Source: Armatimonadota bacterium (GTDB lineage: Bacteria; Armatimonadota; SYMT01). From it: 64,000 bases of DNA. The position numbers and the translations under genes were made by a program. The stretch lies in the NCBI GenBank assembly GCA_041690135.1, contig JAWLHY010000002.1:592342-656341 (forward strand), in the 5' to 3' direction. Shown here piece by piece: positions 55,106 through 64,000 of this stretch (position 1 is its first letter; each line of letters begins with the position of its first letter). The notes beneath the pieces were generated by a model. It was not told the DNA's origin, did not search any database, and saw only the letters and a list, made by a program, of their open reading frames with translations.

Positions 55106-56503
55106 TTAGAGGAGCACTGATTGTAGGGGTTCGCCGTCGCAGGCGCGGAAGGGGCGCTCCAGGCGGTCGGTGACCTCGACGTCGGGAGGGATGCCGAGGC
55201 AGTGGTAGATGGTGGCGTGGAGGGCGGAGGGCTCAACGCGGTCGGCGGCGGGGTAGGCGCCCCGGCTGTCCGAAGCTCCGTAGACGACACCCGGACGGAT
55301 GCCGCCGCCGGCCAGCGCCACGGGGAAAACGTGGCCCCAGTGGTCTCGGCCGCCGTTCTTGTTGAAGTGCGGAGTCCGGCCGAACTCGCCCATCCAGATC
55401 ACGAGGGTTTCGTCTAGTAGCCCGCGCGTCTCCAGGTCCTCAATCAGCGCGGCCACGCCCTGGTCCATGGGGGGCATCAGGGCGTCCTTGATTCGTGCGT
55501 TGTGGTCGGCATGCGTGTCCCAGACGGGGCTGCCGATACTGAAGTCTCCCGGCTCCCGCGGCCAGTTGACGGTCACCAGCCGCACGCCCGCTTCCACCAG
55601 GCGGCGGGCCAACAGGCAGGACTGTCCCCACTTATGCGCGCCGTATTTCTCCCGAAGCGCCCGCGGCTCGCGGCCGAGGTCGAAGGCGGCCCGTGTTTCC
55701 CCCGCGGTCAGGAGATCGAACGCCTGCTCCGAGATCAGGTTATCCTTCAGGAAGGTCTCGCGTGACTGGGCGGCGTCTAGCGCCCGGTTCACTTGCTGGA
55801 GCAGGCCGCGCCGGCGGTCGAGGCGCGCTGCCGGGAGTTCGGGAAGCGGGGTGAGACCGGGCACCTGGAAGTTCGGGGCGTGGGGATCGCACTCGAGCAG
55901 GAATGGCTCGTGCTCCACGGACATGAACCCGGCGTTCTGTCCCGCGACAATGATGCCCGGATTGTTCTTCACCAGCTCCGGCAGGGTGATGGTGGAGGGG
56001 AGCCGGCCGCTGCGGGGGAGCAGACGGCGGGTCACCGCGCCCAGGTGGGGCCAGTCGGACGGGTCCGGCGGGATCGACTCGCCGCTTCGATTGCGGTGTG
56101 GATGCCCGGTGAGCATCCAGTAGCCGCTGCCCGTGTGGGCGTTGACGTCCGTGGCCATCGACCGGATTACGGCGAAGCGGTTCGCCACCCGGGCCAGCCG
56201 GGGCATCAATTCGCCGACCTGGAGCCCGTCGATACTGGAGGGGATCGCCCCGAAGGCCCCGCGGACCTCGGCGGAAGCCTCCGGCTTGGGGTCCCACGTC
56301 TCGTGCTGCGGCGGTCCCCCAACGAGGTAAAGCAGGATACAGGAGCGGGCCTTGCCGAAGGAGCGTGAGGAAGACGCGGCGGCCGGTTGCCGGAGCAGCC
56401 CGGTGAGGGTGAGCCCACCGATCCCCAGCCCACCGACGCGCAGCATTTCGCGCCGGCTCAGCCCGTCGCAGAGCTGAGCTTCTTCGCCCAATACCCGGAA
56501 CAC
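55106..56503 (-). CDS. DUF1501 domain protein
   Basis: LCDGLSRRE.L..GG, GGPPQHETWDPKP, CLLARRLVEAGV, WDTH, GEFGRTP, GRDHW. GTG start at 56503. Confidence 0.93.
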   Translation of the reverse strand: MFRVLGEEAQLCDGLSRREMLRVGGLGIGGLTLTGLLRQPAAASSSRSFGKARSCILLYLVGGPPQHETWDPKPEASAEVRGAFGAIPSSIDGLQVGELMPRLARVANRFAVIRSMATDVNAHTGSGYWMLTGHPHRNRSGESIPPDPSDWPHLGAVTRRLLPRSGRLPSTITLPELVKNNPGIIVAGQNAGFMSVEHEPFLLECDPHAPNFQVPGLTPLPELPAARLDRRRGLLQQVNRALDAAQSRETFLKDNLISEQAFDLLTAGETRAAFDLGREPRALREKYGAHKWGQSCLLARRLVEAGVRLVTVNWPREPGDFSIGSPVWDTHADHNARIKDALMPPMDQGVAALIEDLETRGLLDETLVIWMGEFGRTPHFNKNGGRDHWGHVFPVALAGGGIRPGVVYGASDSRGAYPAADRVEPSALHATIYHCLGIPPDVEVTDRLERPFRACDGEPLQSVLL

Positions 56504-56611
56504 GCTGGTAGTTCTCCCGTTCTTGATGGGTGAACTGACACCCGGAGGGGCGGAGAGTTTCGCCCGACGTGTGTTGCAGAGATGGGATGGGTGTGGCGGG
56601 AGGTTGCTGCT

Positions 56612-56710
56612 GGGTTGAGAGGTTGAAGGTTGAAGGTTGAAGGTTGAAGGTTGAGTGTTGAAGCCCCCCTCGGCGGCCAGGGGTTGAAGGTTGGAAGGTT
56701 GAAGGTTGGG
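56612..56710. repeat. Heptamer tandem repeat (GGTTGAA)n
   Basis: ggttgaaggttgaaggttgaaggttgaaggttga, with a second run at about 56681-56708. The same unit occurs at 41752-41765. Confidence 0.85.
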
Positions 56711-56821
56711 ACCCAGGGGTCCAAAGTGAGTATGGGTTGGCGGGACGAGATCAGGATTGCAGCTCCCCTCGGGGGCTGAAGGTTGGAAGCCCCGAGGGGG
56801 GCCGGGGTTGGAGGTGTCGAA

Positions 56822-57763
56822 ATGCTTTCGAGTGCAAGCTGGTCGGTGAGGCGGCGACGCTGGGTCCTCGTGGCCCTGGGCCTGGCGTCCGTGGGCGGCA
56901 TCTTCGGGGGCGCATCGTGGTCCGCGGGCGCAACCCAGGCGAAAGAAGGGGTCGCCGTTGCGGAGCAGGTTTACAAGCAGACGCCGCAGGGAGAGCTGAA
57001 GCTGTTCGTCCACTATCCACCGGACTGGAAGGCGACCGACCGTCGCCCCGCCATTGTTTTCTTCTTCGGCGGGGGCTGGCGGCAGGGCACGCCGAACCAG
57101 TTTCTCACCCAGGCCGAGTATCTGGCGCAGCGGGGGATGGTCGCCGTGCGCGCGGACTACCGGGTTTCCAGCCGGCATAAGACCACCCCAGACCGCTGCG
57201 TGGAGGATGCCAAGACGGCCCTCCGCTGGGTCCGAAAGCGGGCGGGGGAACTGGGGGCGGATCCAGACCGGATCGCCGGGGCCGGGGGTTCCGCGGGAGC
57301 GCATTTGGCGGCCTGCGCGGCCCTGCTGGACCCGGCGGTGCTCAGCGATCCCGCGGACGAGGCGTCGATCTCTCCAAAGCCGAATCTCCTGGTGCTCTTC
57401 AACCCGGCGCTGGAATTACGGGGCCGGGGGATCAAGAACGGAGAGGGGAAGGACATTTCCGCCCTGATCAGCCCCAACGCCTACCTGCGGAAGGGCCTCC
57501 CTGCAACGGTGATGTTCTTCGGCACGGCGGACGCGATGCTGCCCGACGCGCGCGAGTTCGTCCAGCGGTCGCGCAAGGCAGGCAACACGGCGGAGCTGTA
57601 CACCGCCGTCGATCAGCCCCATGCCTTCTTCAACCGTCCGCCCTGGAAGGAACTGACGCTGATCCAGACGGATCGCTTCCTCACGGCCCACGGCTATCTG
57701 AAGGGGGAGCCCACCCTCCCGCTCCCAGCCGGAACGACCCAGGAATTGGTCCGGGAACCGTGA
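56822..57763 (+). CDS. Exported alpha/beta hydrolase (carboxylesterase-like)
   Basis: Signal peptide; FFGGGW oxyanion loop, GGSAG nucleophile, GTAD and HAFFN. Confidence 0.88.
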   Translation: MLSSASWSVRRRRWVLVALGLASVGGIFGGASWSAGATQAKEGVAVAEQVYKQTPQGELKLFVHYPPDWKATDRRPAIVFFFGGGWRQGTPNQFLTQAEYLAQRGMVAVRADYRVSSRHKTTPDRCVEDAKTALRWVRKRAGELGADPDRIAGAGGSAGAHLAACAALLDPAVLSDPADEASISPKPNLLVLFNPALELRGRGIKNGEGKDISALISPNAYLRKGLPATVMFFGTADAMLPDAREFVQRSRKAGNTAELYTAVDQPHAFFNRPPWKELTLIQTDRFLTAHGYLKGEPTLPLPAGTTQELVREP

Positions 57764-58293
57764 GCCGCCGCCCACGGAACAAAGGAGAGATAGGGGACGG
57801 AGTCACCCCCATCGATCGGTCGATGAAAGCCCTGATCCGGGAGGTACCGGAAGCTTTTGCGCCGCTGTTGGTGCTATGCGAAGATAATCCCAGGGATGAG
57901 ACGCTGCAACTGGAGCGCGAGCTGATCCTGCGAGCTGCCGTTCCCGAGCCGGTGCGCTCGGAGTTGCTGGCCGTGGCGCTGACCGTGGGAGCGCGTTACT
58001 TCTCACGCGACTTGTTGTACGAGTTCTTTCGAAAGGAGCTCGAGATGGTCAAGGGTTCCGGGATCGTTGAAGAGTGGGTGAACGAAGCCGCCGAGAGGGC
58101 GGCTGCAAAGGCGGCGGAGGGTGCTCGGACGGCCGAAGCACGAGACATGCTCTTGATGGTCTTGCGACAGAAGTTCGGTGTACTCTCACCTAGAGCGGTG
58201 TCCGTGGTGCAGGCGGCTGATCAGCAGTCGTGCCACCGGATGCTGAGCCGTGTGGTTGCCGGGGAAACGCTCCAGGAACTGGGCCTCGATTAG
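57760..58293 (+). pseudogene. Rpn/YhgA-DUF4351-like gene lacking the nuclease core (internal deletion, or short form)
   Basis: The N-terminal DRSMKALIREVPEAF joins directly to the helical C-terminal region (ERELI...ELLAVA...MVKGSGIVEEW..E...EAR.MLL.VLRQKFG.L). No PD-(D/E)xK motif. Confidence 0.55.
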
Positions 58294-58331
58294 CTCCCGA
58301 ACGGGCTACTCGCAGGGAAACACTCACCGTT

Positions 58332-60398
58332 ATGCAGATCAAAGGCGCCTGTCCCCATAACTGCCCCGACACTTGCGGTTGGGTCGTGACCCTGGACGAG
58401 ACCGGGACCCCGGTCCGCATCCAGGGGGATCCGGACCACCCCTACACGCGCGGCTGGCTCTGCGCTAAGGTGAACCGTTACCTGGAGTTCGTGCTGCACC
58501 CGGAGCGGCTACGGCATCCCATGCGCCGGGTGGGCGAGAAGGGTGAGGGCCGTTTCGAGCGGATCTCCTGGGACGAGGCACTGGACGAGATCACCTCGCG
58601 CTGGAAGGCATTGATCGCGGAGCACGGACCGGAGGCGATCCTGCCGTACAGCTACTCCGGCACCCTTGGATTCGTGCAAAGCATCGTTTGCAACACCCGT
58701 CTTTGGACCCGGATGGGAGCCTCGGAGTTGGACCGGACGATCTGCTCCGTGGCGGGGACCGAAGCCCTGCGGGTGACGGTGGGCGGCAGCTACGGCGCCG
58801 ACCCCGAGAGCGTGGTCGAAAGTCGCCTGGTCCTTCTCTGGGGCACCAATCCGGCGAGCACGCACCCCCACTTCATCCCCTGGCTGGATGAGGCGCGGAA
58901 GCGAGGGGCACGGGTCATCATGGTCGACCCGCATCGTAACCTGACGTCGCAGCGGGCAGACCTCCACCTGATGCCGCGACCCGGCTCCGACGCGGCCGTT
59001 GTGCTCGCGATGATGCATGTGTTGTTCGCGGAAGGGCTGGTGGACGAGGCGTGGGCTCGGGAGCATACGGTCGGCCTGGATGAGTTGCGTCGCCGCGTCC
59101 GGGAGTGGACCCCGGCCAACGCGGCGGAGGTCAGCGGCATTCCGGCGGAGCAGATCGCGGCTCTCGCACGCGAGTACGGCACCACCCGCCCAGCCCTGAT
59201 CCGCACTTCGATGGGGCTCCAGCGGCACAGCAACGGCGGTAACACGGTCCGGGCGCTGGCCTGCCTTCCGGCACTCACCGGGGACTACGGCCGCCCCGGT
59301 GGCGGACTGCTCTACAGCACGGGCGGGTTCCTGGCGTGGCCGGGGGAAGTTGCCTGTCCGCGCGAGTTGCGGGCGAACAGCCCGAACCCGAACCCTCGGG
59401 TCATCAATATGAACCGGATTGGGGCCGCCCTGCTGGAAACGGACCCGCCCATTCGCGCGCTCTACGTGTTCAACAGCAACCCGGCCTCGGTCGCGCCGAA
59501 CTCCCGCCGCGTGTTGGAAGGTCTTTCCCGCCCCGACCTTTTCACCGTGGTCCACGACCTGTTCCTGACCGATACGGCGAAGTACGCGGATCTTCTGTTG
59601 CCCGCGACCAGCCAATTCGAACACTGGGACCTCCACAAGGCCTACGGGCACCTTTATCTCTCCCTTAACCGGCCTGCGATGGCGCCGATCGGAGAGGCGA
59701 AGAGCAACTGGGAAGTATTCCAACTGCTGGCGGCGCGGATGGGTTTTGACGAAGGCTCCTGGGGCCAGTCGGCCGAGGAGATCATCCGCGAGGCTCTGGA
59801 ACACGGCGGATCGGCGGTGGAAGGGATCACCTGGGAGCGCCTGCTGGACGAGGGGACCTGTCGCCTCAACTATCCGCGGCCGATGGTGCCATTCGCCGAC
59901 GGCCGGTTCCCCACGCCCAGCGGCAAGGTAGAGCTGTATTCCCAGCAACTAGCGGACGCCGGGGCCGACCCGCTGCCGCACTGGGTGCCGGATGTGGAAA
60001 GCCGCGAAGCGGCGCCGGAGCGGGCGCGGAAGTACCCGCTGCAGATGGTCAGCGCGGCCAGTCACTACTTCCTAAACAGCAGCTTCGGGAACGTTCCCAC
60101 CCTCCGGCGGCTGCACGGGGATCCGTCGGTCGAGATCCACCCCGGCGACGCGGAAGCCCGCGGCATCCGGAGCGGCGATTGGGTGGAAGTGAGCAACGAC
60201 CGCGGCAGCTTCCGCGCCCGGGCCGAGGTGGGGGAAACGGTGGCGCCGGGCTCCGTCTTCTGTCCCACCGTCTGGTGGAGCCAGCACAGCCCGGACGGCC
60301 GCGGCGCCAACTGGACCACCAGCGATGCCCTGGCCGATTACGCCGGCGGTGCTACATTCCATGGCAACCTGGTGGAGGTCTCCGTCGCAGCCGGTTGA
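58332..60398 (+). CDS. Molybdopterin-dependent oxidoreductase, cytoplasmic, with a 4Fe-4S site
   Basis: ACPHNCPDTC...G.LCAK, FERISWDEALD, TICS, TDTAKYADLLLPA, FLNSSF, IHP.DAEARGI..GDWV.V.N.RG. Confidence 0.93.
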   Translation: MQIKGACPHNCPDTCGWVVTLDETGTPVRIQGDPDHPYTRGWLCAKVNRYLEFVLHPERLRHPMRRVGEKGEGRFERISWDEALDEITSRWKALIAEHGPEAILPYSYSGTLGFVQSIVCNTRLWTRMGASELDRTICSVAGTEALRVTVGGSYGADPESVVESRLVLLWGTNPASTHPHFIPWLDEARKRGARVIMVDPHRNLTSQRADLHLMPRPGSDAAVVLAMMHVLFAEGLVDEAWAREHTVGLDELRRRVREWTPANAAEVSGIPAEQIAALAREYGTTRPALIRTSMGLQRHSNGGNTVRALACLPALTGDYGRPGGGLLYSTGGFLAWPGEVACPRELRANSPNPNPRVINMNRIGAALLETDPPIRALYVFNSNPASVAPNSRRVLEGLSRPDLFTVVHDLFLTDTAKYADLLLPATSQFEHWDLHKAYGHLYLSLNRPAMAPIGEAKSNWEVFQLLAARMGFDEGSWGQSAEEIIREALEHGGSAVEGITWERLLDEGTCRLNYPRPMVPFADGRFPTPSGKVELYSQQLADAGADPLPHWVPDVESREAAPERARKYPLQMVSAASHYFLNSSFGNVPTLRRLHGDPSVEIHPGDAEARGIRSGDWVEVSNDRGSFRARAEVGETVAPGSVFCPTVWWSQHSPDGRGANWTTSDALADYAGGATFHGNLVEVSVAAG

Positions 60399-60416
60399 GC
60401 GAACGGCAACGGACCG

Positions 60417-60857
60417 TTATTCAGGTGTCGATCTGCCGAAGTACGCCTGTGTGCGCGGCTGGAACCAGTAAATCAGCAACAGCACCGAAATGGGCAGCGT
60501 ACAACCGCTCAACCCCAGACAGATGATCACGATGTGGTAGATCCACGATCCAGGTGATGGCTTGAGCGTGAAAGCGATCGCCACCGGGATGGAAAGGACG
60601 AGGCAAAGGCCGATGGGGAGCATTGCGCGCCCCATCATTTCGGCGCGCCGTTGTGCCTCCAGTTCCTCCATCATCCGGTCAACGTGGGCCATCCCGGTGC
60701 CTGTCAGTGGAAATTCTGATCCTTGTGAGATGAGGATCCAGATCAACACGGGAGTCACGATCAGCCAAACGACGAGCAGCAAGGCGCAATAAGCACGGTA
60801 GTATCCGAGAACCGGCGGCTCTTCTCTTTGCACCCCACCCTGATTGATTTCGTTCAT
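60417..60857 (-). CDS. Hypothetical membrane protein (about three TM helices)
   Basis: RBS gaggaagg, hydrophobic helices, ends ...LLIYWFQP.TQAYFG. Confidence 0.7.
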   Translation of the reverse strand: MNEINQGGVQREEPPVLGYYRAYCALLLVVWLIVTPVLIWILISQGSEFPLTGTGMAHVDRMMEELEAQRRAEMMGRAMLPIGLCLVLSIPVAIAFTLKPSPGSWIYHIVIICLGLSGCTLPISVLLLIYWFQPRTQAYFGRSTPE

Positions 60858-60975
60858 AACAGCCTTCCTCTACCCGTAGGAACGGCGTAAAACGGTGGGG
60901 GATACGGGCTAGTGTGTGCTCGCCGCCATTGCCGGCAAGGTGCGCCCGGTGAACCCTGCCGCGGAGGGCGAACTT

Positions 60976-62853
60976 TTAACGACGCACCGCGACCATTTGC
61001 TTCTGCTCGAGGATCTTGCGGCCTTCACGGTCCAGGACGAGCAGGCGGATCGGGTACTGGCCCGGCTGGACCTTGCGCGTGTCCCAACGGCAGACGATCT
61101 CGCCCGGTTCGTCGCCGGCGTAGAGGACCTGGTCGGCGGCGGTGATATACACTCGCGGCCGCGGAATGGGTGCCCGGACCCAGGCACTTAACGTGAACAC
61201 GCCCTTCACGGGCTCCCCTTTTTTCAGAGGGCGGATCCGCTCCTCGGGCTGCTCATCGCTCCGGCCCAGGAAGTAGGAAGGGGAGATCATGCGCTGGTAG
61301 GCTTTGAGCACGGACGCATTCTCGGTGAGGGAGTAGTTGTTCAACTGTCGTCCCGCCCGGGCGTGCTTCAGGTTATTGCAGTCGAACCAGTCCACGAGCT
61401 TCACCCGGGGGAAGCGGCGGGGTAGGGCGCCGTAAAGCTGGGAGATCTTCTGGACGGCCAGCGCGGGGCGGGGCTGGGGATCGCAAGCCGCCTGGTGGCT
61501 GGCGGCATACTCGCAGATGGCGATCGGCTTGCGAGCCGCGTACCTCCGGTAGACCCCGCTCAACAGGTCGGCGGGATGGACCTGATCGGCCGGGCGGGAG
61601 CGATCGTTGTCGAAGTACAGGACGTTGTACATGTTCACACCGACCCAGTCCACCGCGTCGTCGCCGGGGTAATACGCCTCGATGTTGCCCTCCGGCACGG
61701 TGTTGACGCACCAGATCAGGGCCGCCTGGGGGGCGCGGCTGCTGATGATCCGGTGGACCATCCGGAACTTCTCCCGGTAGAGGGCCGGATCCCCATGGTA
61801 GCGGGTCCAGTTCCCGTTCATCTCCCCCGCGAACCGGATGAAGATAGGGGCGCCGAACCGGGCAACCTCATCCGCGAACCGCCCGACAGTCGCCTCGTCC
61901 ACCTCTCCCATTCCGTGATGCGGCTCCCAGGCGATGTGGGGAACGATTCCCTGCCGCCGAAGGCGTTCGGACCACTTGCGGGGGAAGGGGCGGCCGAACC
62001 GGAGATACCAGAAGTACGAGGCGTGTTTCTTCCCCACCAGTTCCTCGAATTCGGATGGCTCGCGATGCGTTTGCCAGGTCTCGTCCATGAAGGTGGTCGG
62101 TAACTGGTCGTCGTGGTCGATGAAGGCCCCGACCATGCATCCGTAGGCCGGCTCGAGCCGCGCGAGGCCGGCTTGTCCCGTGCTCGTCGGCACGGGCTCG
62201 TGGAAGTAGAGGCTTCCCTCCGCGGAGTGGCGCCCGGCCTTCAGCGTTTCCACCGCGGCCGCGTTGGGGTCACCCTGACGCCGGTAGAGGGCGGCCTCCT
62301 TCAGGTAGGCCTCTGCCGCGATCGCATGGATCCCGGCTTTCGCCGCGGCGTCCGCCAGGCGGCGCCACACGACCGGCGAGTTGCTGCCCCTCACACGCGC
62401 GGCCAGGGAGCGGAGTTGCGCTGGGAGTGGGGGCGCGGCGGCAACGTCGGGCAACCGCGGAGGGAGATTGCCCGCCGGACGCACGGGTTCCTCTTCTGGT
62501 TGGGGTGGGCCATAGGCTTCGCCGAAGCCTGGAGCGGGGCCAGGTTCAGGTGCCTCCGCTGGGATTTCTTCCTTCTGTTCGGGGGCCGGTTGCGGCGTCT
62601 TGTTCGGGAGGTCTTTCCCGCGCGAGGTGGTCTGCGGTTTCTCCCAGGGCCGCCAGGACCGGGCCCGCTCCCAGGCGGCGTGCGCGAACTGGCGGACCAC
62701 GGGCGCGGCAGCCCGTACGGCGGGGGTGGCGGTCCGCACGATCGTCGCGCGCCAGTCGGGCCGCCAGATGAGCACTCCGACCGCAACTCCCACCACGAGC
62801 CAGAAAATATACCGGGCCTTCACCGGGCAGCCGTTCCTTTCCATCCGGTCCAT
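60976..62853 (-). CDS. Membrane-anchored glycoside hydrolase family 26-like protein with a C-terminal Ig-like domain
   Basis: N-terminal TM and Pro-rich region; IAWEP, IRFAGEMNGNW (acid/base), YYPGDDAVDWVG, PIAICEY (nucleophile). Start uncertain (62853 or 62823). Confidence 0.85.
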   Translation of the reverse strand: MDRMERNGCPVKARYIFWLVVGVAVGVLIWRPDWRATIVRTATPAVRAAAPVVRQFAHAAWERARSWRPWEKPQTTSRGKDLPNKTPQPAPEQKEEIPAEAPEPGPAPGFGEAYGPPQPEEEPVRPAGNLPPRLPDVAAAPPLPAQLRSLAARVRGSNSPVVWRRLADAAAKAGIHAIAAEAYLKEAALYRRQGDPNAAAVETLKAGRHSAEGSLYFHEPVPTSTGQAGLARLEPAYGCMVGAFIDHDDQLPTTFMDETWQTHREPSEFEELVGKKHASYFWYLRFGRPFPRKWSERLRRQGIVPHIAWEPHHGMGEVDEATVGRFADEVARFGAPIFIRFAGEMNGNWTRYHGDPALYREKFRMVHRIISSRAPQAALIWCVNTVPEGNIEAYYPGDDAVDWVGVNMYNVLYFDNDRSRPADQVHPADLLSGVYRRYAARKPIAICEYAASHQAACDPQPRPALAVQKISQLYGALPRRFPRVKLVDWFDCNNLKHARAGRQLNNYSLTENASVLKAYQRMISPSYFLGRSDEQPEERIRPLKKGEPVKGVFTLSAWVRAPIPRPRVYITAADQVLYAGDEPGEIVCRWDTRKVQPGQYPIRLLVLDREGRKILEQKQMVAVRR

Positions 62854-62924
62854 CCGGGGTGCCCATTCCGATAAACGGAGGCGCCTCCAGATTATCCCAA
62901 CGGTGGATGTGGGGGACGGGTTAC

Positions 62925-63764
62925 TCAGGAACGTTTCTCCAACTCCTCCCGGATGAAGGAGCCGCTTTCCAGGAGTTCCTTGAAGTCCCGCGCGAGATGC
63001 GCCGCGGTGAGGCCGGAGATGACGTAGTTGTCCACCATGAGCGAGCACTTGAGAACGTCGCCCACCACGATCTCGCGACCCCGGACACAGGGTTCTTGCT
63101 TGAGGCCGCCGATGCCGAATACCACGCTGGTGGGCGCGATGGGGAGGAAGTGCTCGAACCAGTCGCCGCCCACGAAGGTGAGGCCGCAGGTGCCCACGTT
63201 TCCCGCATAGAACTCCGGGTCCCAGGTCATCCGCCAGTGGATCGCCCGCGCGAGCCAGAGGGGCATCCGGGAGAACTGCCGGATGCGGCGGATGGCCGGT
63301 GAATCGGCTGGATCGCAGTGCTGGTAGAAGGAGATTTCCTCCTGGAGCTGGGCCAGGGATTTTTTCGCGGCGTTGCGCAGCGTGCCGATGAAGGTCACCG
63401 GCCGGCCATCGATCTCGCGGGTGATCGGCAGGTTGACATCGATCCGCTCGAAGCGGACGATCCGCAGCCCGAACGGCTTACGGAAGAGGATGGCGTTGGC
63501 CTCCGGATTGCGCTGTAGGGCCAGCGCCGTGGCCTTGGCGTAGATCGGGACCAGGGTGATGGTCCGGACCGCCCTGCAGTACTGCTTGTGCAGGCGCAGC
63601 AGCTCCGATACTTCCAGGGAGGCGGTCCCGTATCCCAGGCAGTGATGGTGTTGAGCCCGCGACTTGAAGCCATAGATGTAGGCTTCCTCTCCCCGGACCG
63701 TGCGGCTCTCCGCGATGGGGTTCGGCAGGGCTGAGGGCCCATGTCCGGGATTCTGCGTCTTCAT
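62925..63764 (-). CDS. Stand-alone 2-oxoacid dehydrogenase E2 catalytic-domain-like (CAT-fold) protein
   Basis: KATALAL...PEAN, L.NA..KSL..L..EI, GT..LT.VG, IGGLK.EP, C-terminal VDNYVISG..AA. No lipoyl domain. Confidence 0.75.
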   Translation of the reverse strand: MKTQNPGHGPSALPNPIAESRTVRGEEAYIYGFKSRAQHHHCLGYGTASLEVSELLRLHKQYCRAVRTITLVPIYAKATALALQRNPEANAILFRKPFGLRIVRFERIDVNLPITREIDGRPVTFIGTLRNAAKKSLAQLQEEISFYQHCDPADSPAIRRIRQFSRMPLWLARAIHWRMTWDPEFYAGNVGTCGLTFVGGDWFEHFLPIAPTSVVFGIGGLKQEPCVRGREIVVGDVLKCSLMVDNYVISGLTAAHLARDFKELLESGSFIREELEKRS

Positions 63765-64000
63765 GCGTGGGGCGAACCTTTCAGGATCTCGGAGAGGAGG
63801 CTGAAAACCCGCCGCTTGAAGGGCGCCTGGGTGCGGCGCATCAGGGAGGGCAGGTGCCGCAGGGAGACCTTCGCGCCCAACTGGCGGGCGATCCAGATCT
63901 CGTTGGCGTTGAGCAGCAGCGAGAGCAGCACGCAGCATGGAGTGGCGAGGACCCGGGGCAGCCACTCCACGGCGCGAGGGAGCCGGTTCTGCTCGAGAAT
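63761..64000 (-). CDS. 3' end of an unidentified gene that starts outside the window
   Basis: Frame is open to the window edge, and its stop overlaps the ATG of the E2-like gene (ATGA). Confidence 0.5.
   Translation of the reverse strand: MLEQNRLPRAVEWLPRVLATPCCVLLSLLLNANEIWIARQLGAKVSLRHLPSLMRRTQAPFKRRVFSLLSEILKGSPHA

Noticed and set aside
55106-57304. 732-aa DUF1501 ORF and other long N-terminal extensions (15829..17271, 16125..17795, 38530..39969, 50757..51902)
   Set aside because: The extensions run through tandem repeats or overlap neighbouring genes. Family motifs and RBS positions support the shorter starts.

Overview
High-GC bacterial chromosomal window, densely coding, with about 55 genes and one tRNA-Leu(UAA). 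No rRNA, CRISPR array or intact mobile element was found. The mix of HAF-repeat, SBBP, SdrD-B, DUF1501, ASH/Ig and prepilin proteins suggests an Armatimonadota-like or similar soil bacterium (inference only). Recognisable blocks: an NDP-sugar epimerase/dehydrogenase operon (1-3949), ycaQ, an orphan peptide-type ABC exporter, an Sdh1/type-F succinate dehydrogenase operon (11330-14682), a pilV-pilW-pilX-like minor pilin cassette, a cluster of secreted surface proteins (30.1-38.5 kb), a wzm/wzt-sulfotransferase-GT2-methyltransferase glycan locus (49.5-54.6 kb) and several stand-alone enzymes. The best candidate for an undescribed system lies at 30108-40507. A 160-aa protein fuses a PqqD/RRE domain, an internal twin-arginine signal-like segment and a 30-aa six-cysteine knottin (conotoxin-framework) peptide. 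It sits among duplicated surface proteins, 5-7 kb from a translationally coupled HPr-kinase-like/nucleotidyltransferase pair, with no lasso cyclase or radical SAM gene nearby. Other oddities are a clan GH-A domain lacking both catalytic glutamates fused to an epimerase, an in-frame UGA in the kinase 5' region, a dispersed three-part intergenic repeat, a possible CC1-like small DNA-binding protein, an orphan phage-SSB-like gene and a nuclease-less Rpn-like gene. All family calls come from motif recognition by eye; no searches were run.
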